The notes beneath the pieces are model-generated. The model saw nothing but the letters and a program-made list of their open reading frames with translations, had not been told where the DNA came from and ran no database searches. This document shows positions 55,241-64,000 of a stretch of DNA of 64,000 nucleotides, piece after piece. This stretch comes from Tubulanus polymorphus (Eukaryota; Animalia; Nemertea). Where the stretch lies: contig NC_134025.1 of NCBI RefSeq assembly GCF_964204645.1, positions 26,330,299-26,394,298 on the forward strand. Direction: 5' to 3'. The position numbers and the translations under genes were made by a program. Every line of letters begins with the position of its first letter. Position 1 is the stretch's first letter.

Positions 55241-58200
55241 TCCGCAGCTACTGCAGGATGATTTTCTACTGAGTTACACATTAGGGTGACCGCTGTTTAG
55301 CCTTTCGAAATCGATGAACTCGCGCACTATCTAAAAGAGGTCGGGTTACATGCCGTTCTTACATCAAACGCAAACAAATGTGATAGTTCGCTATCAGAGT
55401 TTGGATGAATGGGGTAGCCTAGATATACAAATGTTAGTTTTCTACTCAGATTGGTTCAAATAAGATATAAATTGGTTTAACTTTTCAGTATTGTGGCCAC
55501 TGTTGTAAGAATTACGTATGAATCATTAAAAGCGAGTAATGAAAAACATCACGAAGGGCGGCCGCTGGTTTGCGCGAGATTCGAGGTATCCGGTAATCGG
55601 ACAAGGCGCGAATTGTCTGCAAATCTTTGGCACAGAATAAACTGCGAGATATTAATCTTACAGCATGGCCTGGTGGGCCGAGAGGTTGCGTGTACTTGCT
55701 GTACTCTTGCGTTTGATTACCGAAAATATTTTTCGCGATTAATACCGCCAGTCACCCCGGGTCAGCCGTGTTTTCATAATCGCTCAGTGTGTGCGTAAAA
55801 ATAGCTGTAATACAATCATTGAAAAATAACACTCTGCAGGCAAACACAATTGACATCATAGTGGTCAGGCTTTTTGCATGAACTACTCCCGGAAATCATT
55901 GTTCTCACGCACGAAATGGTTGGCCCATCCCGATGTTCCTATACGCCCAATGCCCAGCAGCTGTACTGCGCACAAAAACCTATTGACTAGTTATAATGTG
56001 ATCTTATACGGAACGCTCCGATTTCATCTTACGAGACCATTTTGGAATTTCTTGTAATCATGAAACGACTTGCTTAACCTTTTTCTCATTCAATCAGTTC
56101 GCTATTGGGTCAATGTGTTTATATGTATATATATATTCAAGTTTCTGAAAGAAATCCTCACACAATGTCCATTGCATTTTTTTCAAAAAGAATTATTTCT
56201 ATTCACAGCAGGGTCATAAAATACGATATTTCTTAGAGATCAAATTTAAAAAGATATATGCTCAAAACTCATTAATAACAGCGACAGGTATTGTATTGAT
56301 TATTGTACCGTTCAAGCACGCCCGCTAAATACAGTGTGACTTTTTTCAACGTTGGTGACCCAAACTGTCAATAGTTCGCATGCATATTTTATGTGCATTT
56401 CGCGGTGTTATGTAGAGGTTAGGTCATATACTAGGTATTTGACAAGTTCTTTGTCATACACATCACGTAAATATGCACGTAATTCCGCCATGAAAACAAC
56501 CCAGCACTGATGCATATGTACGCGTGACTCGAATATTTTTTCTCACACCGCTGGCAACTCGTGTGTTATCCAAAATATCGTACGGGTGCGGTTGTTTTAA
56601 CAAAATACGTCGATAATCATTTATTTTCGAACTGCGGGGCATAGTGCGTTATATAATAGTGAGAGGAATCTTGGCGATCTCCTGCTCCTAGGCAGAGTAT
56701 TGACTGCATCCCAGTCGCGTGTAGAGAGGGATAAAGATTTACGATCGGTATCTAGAAAATGATTATGGCATCCATTTAATTTACGTAACATTACACGGGG
56801 ATTCATTATGGCTCGTGCCAATCAACCCATATTGCGCAATGGCTTATAAAAATACAATGGTGACCCAACCACAAAATACAATCAGTCCCAAGTATATAAC
56901 GCTAAGAGGACCTGAGCCTATCTTGGTGAAGTTTGACGTGATAGCACGGTTGCATTTCGGTTTAATCGATTCTAAAATATCTCCTTTTCATCCGAAACTA
57001 CTGTAACATTCGTATACTGGTAGAAACGTGATATTTCGAGAATTGAAATTCCAGATTTCAATCACACCCGTTGATAGAAAGTTGTCGCCGTGCCGATATG
57101 AAATCGATACGCATAGAACTCAAATGTTTGTTACAAATTTATTTGATTATTCGTTTTCATTTTATAGATATTAGATATTCATAATTGTTTTAATTGTTTT
57201 CGAAAAGGGTTCATTTTATCTGCACTTTGACAGTTTCGGACCTTGCACCCGACCTTCAAGTTTTCTCTTAATTTGACTCTTTCAAGCTCTATTGACTTAA
57301 CATGTTTTCAAGCCGATTCTAAAAACCTAATAAATGGAAATGACGTTCATGGAAACTTTTTCTCCTCGAACTTTTTTTTACGTGAGTCGTGATTAATTCC
57401 TCGCTTTTGACCGATGTTTCTACCAAGGGCTGCTGGAGAACGGAGAACCGTAAAGCTGAACCGGATATATTTGATAATATGCCTCGATTTATTTACTGAT
57501 TCTATATAGTGTTTTCACAGGCGGTACTGTTGATAATCACGTAATCAAAAATTGTGATAAAAGTAGACTGCGTCTAGACCGAGTTAACACCGTCGAGTTC
57601 ACCGATCGCTTTTTTCAATTTCAGCCTCTCCTCTCATCACCCGGTCTCATCATCATCATCTGATTTCATCTCTTTCACCTCGCCCGCAGGTGCATCCAAC
57701 AAGAATGCGAACCGTCTTTAGAATTGAAATTTCAATACGTTTTATGACGAAATGAGGCAGCCGAATCGTTATCGGCGCGTCCGGAACAAAATATTGCTCG
57801 TCGTCATGCCTAGAATACCTCGCCGTCTCGAACATCGATTTCAACTCGTTATATAAGGAATCTCAAACAAGACGTTGTGAAAAATAAATACCGTATTTTC
57901 AACAAACATATTCGTGTGTTGCTATATTCCAAGCCCCTAGGCCATCGATAACTCATGTCATTTAAAACCGCTTGTAAAATTTACGACGTTGAGATGTAGA
58001 ATTGCTATTTCAGAGCGGTATTCTTCAAAAATGCACCGGTACTTTAAATAGACGTGGGATCAAAAGAGTGTACATAGACAAAAGAAAATGTAATCTTTCA
58101 CCCCTCATTGTTTCAGCCGTAAGTCTTTAATGTTGTTATGGTTACAGTGCACGGTATAAAATCTGACCCTGTAGCCATCGTAAGACAACGTATGTCATCA

Positions 58201-58707
58201 TGGTTGGGGAAGTTGCGCCATCGGATATTTGAGAAAATTATGCGAATTTTATCTTTTCAAAATATAGATTATTGCCAAAAGACTTCTCAAGATAGATGAG
58301 ATGACATATTCACTGATTGAATTGAATCGAACGCGCACGTTTGAAATGAATCTTCATCATTCCGGCGGTCACAAGTCACCAAAGCGAGATCTTCGTCTTT
58401 GAAATAAGCTTTCTGATCTTCGCAGCCTACAAACAACTAAAAGTCATCTTGTTGTTTGCTGTATAATTCGGAAAGCAGATCATTATCGCTTCGCTAATGA
58501 ACCATCCTTGAATCAAGCTTTTCGCGACTTTACCTTGGTCTGCCGCCCAAAACTCTAAATAAGTTTCACGTGATTGGAATGATAAGTTCCTGTATACTTA
58601 TCACGTGAGGGACAACAATAAAAAACACAATAGCAGGACAAATGGCCCAATTACATAAACTGAATTATCATGATCACTATCAGTTTATAAATGTGAAAAG
58701 AATAGAA

Positions 58708-58921
<214 letters not shown>

Positions 58922-61900
58922 TTCTATTCTTTTCACATTATATATATATATATATCCTCCAGGAAGTAACATTCAAATTAAACAATACATTGTATCAACG
59001 ATAAGTAGTGGTGAGGGTGAGAGGGATGGAGTGAAAATCGTTTTTGCTAGACGAGCTTGCTGCGATTATTTTACTTCATCAGATAATGAATGCTCTATCC
59101 GATTTAAAAATTAACCAAACGCGTATCAAATGACGAACCGCGCGTTCAGAACTTGTCAGGTGTCGGTTACGATTAGAGGTTGATATTAATACTTAATACG
59201 ACTTTAATGCGACTTCTAATTTCACAAAAGACTGAAGTCGATTGATTTCGGCTCAATATAGAGTATAATTCATCCCAGTTTCGAAACTGAAAAGTTACAT
59301 ACGCAGGGACACTCTCATGGCAACGTATAAGCGGCGTTGATAAATCATGTTTGACGGAATTCGGACAGGAGTGGTGGTGTGCAACGGACATCTGTCGTTT
59401 GGCCAAAAATAATTCAATCCATCGCCGTTTGCCGTTATTTCCCACGCTAATACGCTTGAAAATACAACATATCATCATTATTTCATTTTATGAAAATCAA
59501 AACTTCATCGGAGACCATTTTTTACGGACACAAAAGGCCATTGTCCAGTGACCGCATGCCGGAAATAACGCTCATGACAAAGCTTAGATGTGCCATCACC
59601 TTTGGCCTCACTATATCAACTAGTTGGTTATACCACGTCATCTTTAGAGCAAAATCCGGCTCGAAGAATCTGGCGTTTTCGTTTTTAAAACATACAGGAT
59701 ATGCAGCTATACGAATTGAACATGATGATTGTGAACCTAAGTGATAGGGAATTTTGAAGCTATCTCAAGTATGTTTTGTGTGTAAAAGCAGGCACAGGGA
59801 GATGATGACTCGAGTTATCTGCTGTTTGCATTATTATGAATGGACATAATAAACAACAATCTCTGTTTACTTATACATATGCCTTTATGTGCATAGTACC
59901 TATAGTAGAATGTCAAGTCGGTGACCTTCGCAAATATGTGAGATTATGACGTAAGAAGGTCCCGTGCACCTTTGAAACGATTCTATATAGATCTTAGAAC
60001 TTAATTTCATTACAAATGATTGTCCGTAGTTGACAAAAACAGCAGATACCCTATAAGTTCATTTTACGATGTTTTATTGTTTTGCTGTGCGGCGATGGAA
60101 TGGAATTTGCATTGAATCCAGGCGGGGATTACGTGAAGGTATTATAAACATCACGACCCCGCCAAAATCGTGAACTCCTAAAAGTACACTGAACTATTTG
60201 GCTCGATTGTATAACCATGCACATTGCCCGCTGTACTTTTATATAATAATTGCATCGGTTAGTGATTTCACATAATGTTTGTCTGGCCGGCTGAAATAAA
60301 ACATGCGAACTTCGGCCACTTTCAGGTCGCTTGTCTGAAATTCGCGGTGCGCGCTAGTACTGCATAGGGCACTTCGGCAGATAGATTGAAATGTACTTTA
60401 ACTAAAATATTGCGTAATCGCCATGTTAATAGGACATCGAATCATATTCATATTGCATAACACCACATATTTATTGGCAAGAGCCCCCATAACGCACACA
60501 AACATATTCAGTTATCTAAACAAATATTTACGCTAACGATGGCTCGATGGTTAAATCCAAGTCAGTTTTCTTCGAAAATCTACGTCGCGTCAATCTCCGA
60601 GTAATATTAAACCATGGCGAGATGAAAATTGACGAAAGTCTTCGAAAAGTTCACTTGAAGTCCTTGCAATTCTGATGACAAAATATAAATTACTAACATT
60701 TCTATTCTATTGTTACGAAAATACATGTCTCGCTTGCGTAGGTATACAAGTCACATTTTATCCATGTCGATATAAACTTTCAACAGTAGCTTTGGAGGCG
60801 AAAATACAAAGGTGACATCGATGCCACAGATGATCAAAGTCAGTAATAAGAACGCCTTTGGATCTGTTTGCTGTCGGCTGAATCACAATACCCTGAAGCG
60901 CGTTTTCCCTTTTATTTCATTTTATGTACATCCTTGGAGAGAAACATCTCATATTATTTGAACGATGGATCTCTAGTTTCAATATATTTATGACAGGTTA
61001 ATACACTTCAGAGTTGATCGAAAATATTTTTGATGACAAAAACTACACAATCGATATCGCTGTATTATGATCATTATTTATTGATGATGAAGAGAAAAGA
61101 ATCTCTGACCAGAAATGCGGAAATGTTTCTTTAATCATCGAAATGATATCTCTTATCAAGTTACACGGGTTTCTGGCGAACTTAGGGCGTTCACGTCGTA
61201 AATTAACATATTCTTCAGTTTTCGAAGCCTCATAATTTCGACGAAATTTTCATTTTTCACATTTCAGTAATTTTCAGGGTTTCTTTTGCGACGAGACATT
61301 TTCGAAACACGCAACAAGGGCGGGTAGATTTCGTTATGAAAAGCGAGGTGCTTGAAGTATTTCCGATGCGTTCTAAATTCACGGTAGAACGGATGATGGA
61401 AACCCAATTTTATTCCGCCTCCGTGGTTTTCATCGAGACGAAGAAGCAACGTAAGTAATATAAATGACAACAGACACGTGGATAGAGGATAAATTTCTTT
61501 TTTCATGCTTTTTCGTTGTTGTAAGACCTTTTGCGGTGTTCGTTCAGTGCAGCTAATGCAGTGTCTACTTCGTGTTGAGTTTTCGTTGTCGTCATTTTCA
61601 AATAAATGAACTCCAGGTGAAGGGTCTTATAAGATTTTCATGCGTAAAGTTTCAAGTTGTTTTAAATATTGTTTTCTTGCGGACGAGAAAAGACGAAACG
61701 TATATCTGCTACGAATCAATTACGAAATAACTTGAAATGACACTTTATATTTCATCCCTCTTCAAAAACATTAGGTTTTGTTTTAGGGGGGTATTGCCTT
61801 AATCGATTTTCTTATAAGATTCAAATTTCCGAATTGAATATGGTTAACAATTTCTATCTTGACAGAAATCAATTTTGAAATATCGTAACCGAAATGGGCC

Positions 61901-62954
61901 TGTGTGAATGTACTTTTATTATCGTGTCGACTGGACCAGCACCGATGGAATGATGTATTTGACGAGATTGCGTGAAATACAGGAAGTTGTCCCCTTTCGT
62001 CTGCGGTCTTTCAAATCCAGGCACAATGAACCACAAACATTTAATTCGAACAATTAACAAGGCCGATCTCGATGGCAAATGCTGGTCAGTTTACTTGCCC
62101 AGGGCATTTCCGACGCATGAAAGGAATTTAAGTTGACCACAAAAGAAAAGAAGTTGTGTCATTAATTCAGCTTATTCACGAAGCACATAATCCATGTCTA
62201 ATTCAAATCCCATAGATCACCGTGTGCCTGGACGTCTGACAATGGTCATGACCCGACAGTCATGACAGGATATCGCACGATGCATCGCCAATGACGAGGA
62301 TATTGCATAAGCATTTCGACGATAGTCAAATATGATCCGATGCACCAGATGGTCAAGTTCACCTTCGCATCCGAACCAGCTGGAGCTATGATTGCCTCAT
62401 TATTACTTAACGTATATGCATAATATATAATACATATATTCCAAGCTGTTCGAAAAATGACCCCAGTGTGAACTCAATCTAATATACACGATAGTTACGC
62501 TATGCAGCGCGTAATCGCGATGACCGGACAATATCCTTGTTGAAAAAGCTTATCAGTATTATTTATGATGTTTCCAATAGCTAGCTATTCAAAACATTTT
62601 ATACCAGATAAACGAAGGCAATTCAAAATGACCGTCCTACTTACAAACGCATTATGTAGTACATATAAGTTTTTATTCATTTACATTTTGCATGGTACAG
62701 CTTCACACAAGCAAGCATTGATAACAATCCGTTTTAACGGATACCATTGAAAATCGACATAACATGCAACAAAACTTAACGCACCCATAAAAAACACTAG
62801 ACTTTGCGCCTACGATACGAGTTACGATACATCGATAGTAGAACCATGGACACTAAAACGAATTATTGGGAATTTCTAATAACCGTGACCTCGCGGATTT
62901 TTACCTATACATTCAATATTTAAGATGTCCGACCTGCTATATGTATGTAGAGGC

Positions 62955-63000
62955 CACGAGCAATTATCTCAACTGAGATGATTGAGATAATTGCTCGTAG
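62955..63000. mobile_element. Minimal MITE/hairpin insertion with 8-bp target-site duplication
   Basis: 17-bp perfect inverted arms (62956-62972 / 62982-62998) with a 9-nt loop, flanked by direct repeats GTAGAGGC at 62947-62954 and 63001-63008. Confidence 0.6.
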
Positions 63001-64000
63001 GTAGAGGCTAGACAGAGCGAACTCTAGCGTTGAGCACAATTACTCGCAAGCTACCCGAAACGCCACTACAATTCATTGTCAATTAAAAGACATGAAAATT
63101 CATTCATTTCAATAAGCCATAAAATTTAGGTAATCAACAAAATAAAACGCCAATTTACACAATTACGTAATTGTAATTTTGAAACGGCAATATTGACGAA
63201 GTGCACATCCACTCCTGCTTCTTATCTTTGTTTCAGAAACTCCTTGAGGGGAATCTTTTTAATTGATACTTGGGAAATATCTGATTTCTAGTTGGTCTTG
63301 GAGATGGACTGATGTAAGTTTAAGACCTTGGATAATTGTTGCTATTTTGATGCAATTTTTATTAATTTCGAGCGGCTACGTTTTATTTGGAATCATTTGC
63401 ACGTCCTGAATCTGGAATCAGGCGATTTGTTTTGGATATCTGAGCAAGTTTTTTTTGAAACAGAAAGAAGCCAACAAAGTCCTGACAATTTCTCTGACTT
63501 GGATTTGTTTAATATTTTTGTTTAATAATTGAGGACCTGCTGGATCACACTTGAAGTCAGAACTGCCATTTTGTACCCTGCAGTGCGTTTCTTATAGAGG
63601 TTCTGAAGGATTGAACATAAAATTAGGCGTTATACATGTACTTTTTAAACCGATCGAATATATTGTTAAACCGTAAAACTGGGTCCTGGCTGACAATTCG
63701 AGATTTATTGATCGACGAATGGTTTCGGCAATAATTTGAAAAAATAACTCCGGCCTTTTCGACTGATGACCATCGCTAGATTCGACGATCAGACGCTGAA
63801 TCATCGCGGCCAAGTTGCGGTTTCTTTAAGTTCCACAAAGATTAATGGAATTTGACTTTTCCAAGTATTTACCGTTACGCGGGACTTTTTTGCCCTTGTG
63901 CGTTGTTTATGATTATAGATAATGCTTGTAGTGTGAGAAGTACATGTAGTTAAGTATTGAACTATACCTTTCTACGCTTGAAATTTTGTCATATAACAGT

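Noticed and set aside
63237-63312. Acceptor/donor-bounded + strand segment
   Set aside because: It has stops in all three frames and no linked exons in the window, so it cannot be supported.

Overview
This is AT-rich (roughly 35-38% GC by eye), intron-containing eukaryotic genomic DNA from a bilaterian invertebrate, probably a spiralian (inference). I reconstructed five protein-coding genes by hand from GT-AG splice sites with consistent reading phase. (1) A 9-exon CCAP/neuropeptide-S-type class A GPCR (+, 16765-23408). (2) A divergent non-Shaker, Shaw/Kv3-like voltage-gated K+ channel subunit (+, ~27039/28253-32993). (3) Sec61-beta (+, 33875-34942). (4) Ribokinase (-, 36014-37665). (5) A giant/ces-2-like PAR-family bZIP factor (-, 53054-54178). 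Most ORFs in the supplied track are spurious. Repeats include a foldback DNA element, a decayed CR1-type LINE, a Penelope-like palindrome with a hammerhead motif, small MITEs and three long (TA)n tracts. The strongest leads are as follows. The bZIP locus seems to carry layered regulation: an ATF4-like two-uORF leader, a gene-free ~13 kb downstream region enriched in let-7 seed sites (candidate very long 3'UTR), extended let-7 complementarity inside the CDS, and PAR/C-EBP/E-box sites upstream. GPCR intron 8 holds a hidden 46-nt exon that would swap the C-terminal tail. The Kv subunit has a degenerate S6 gate and a K5-to-His change in S4, suggesting a regulatory ('silent') subunit.
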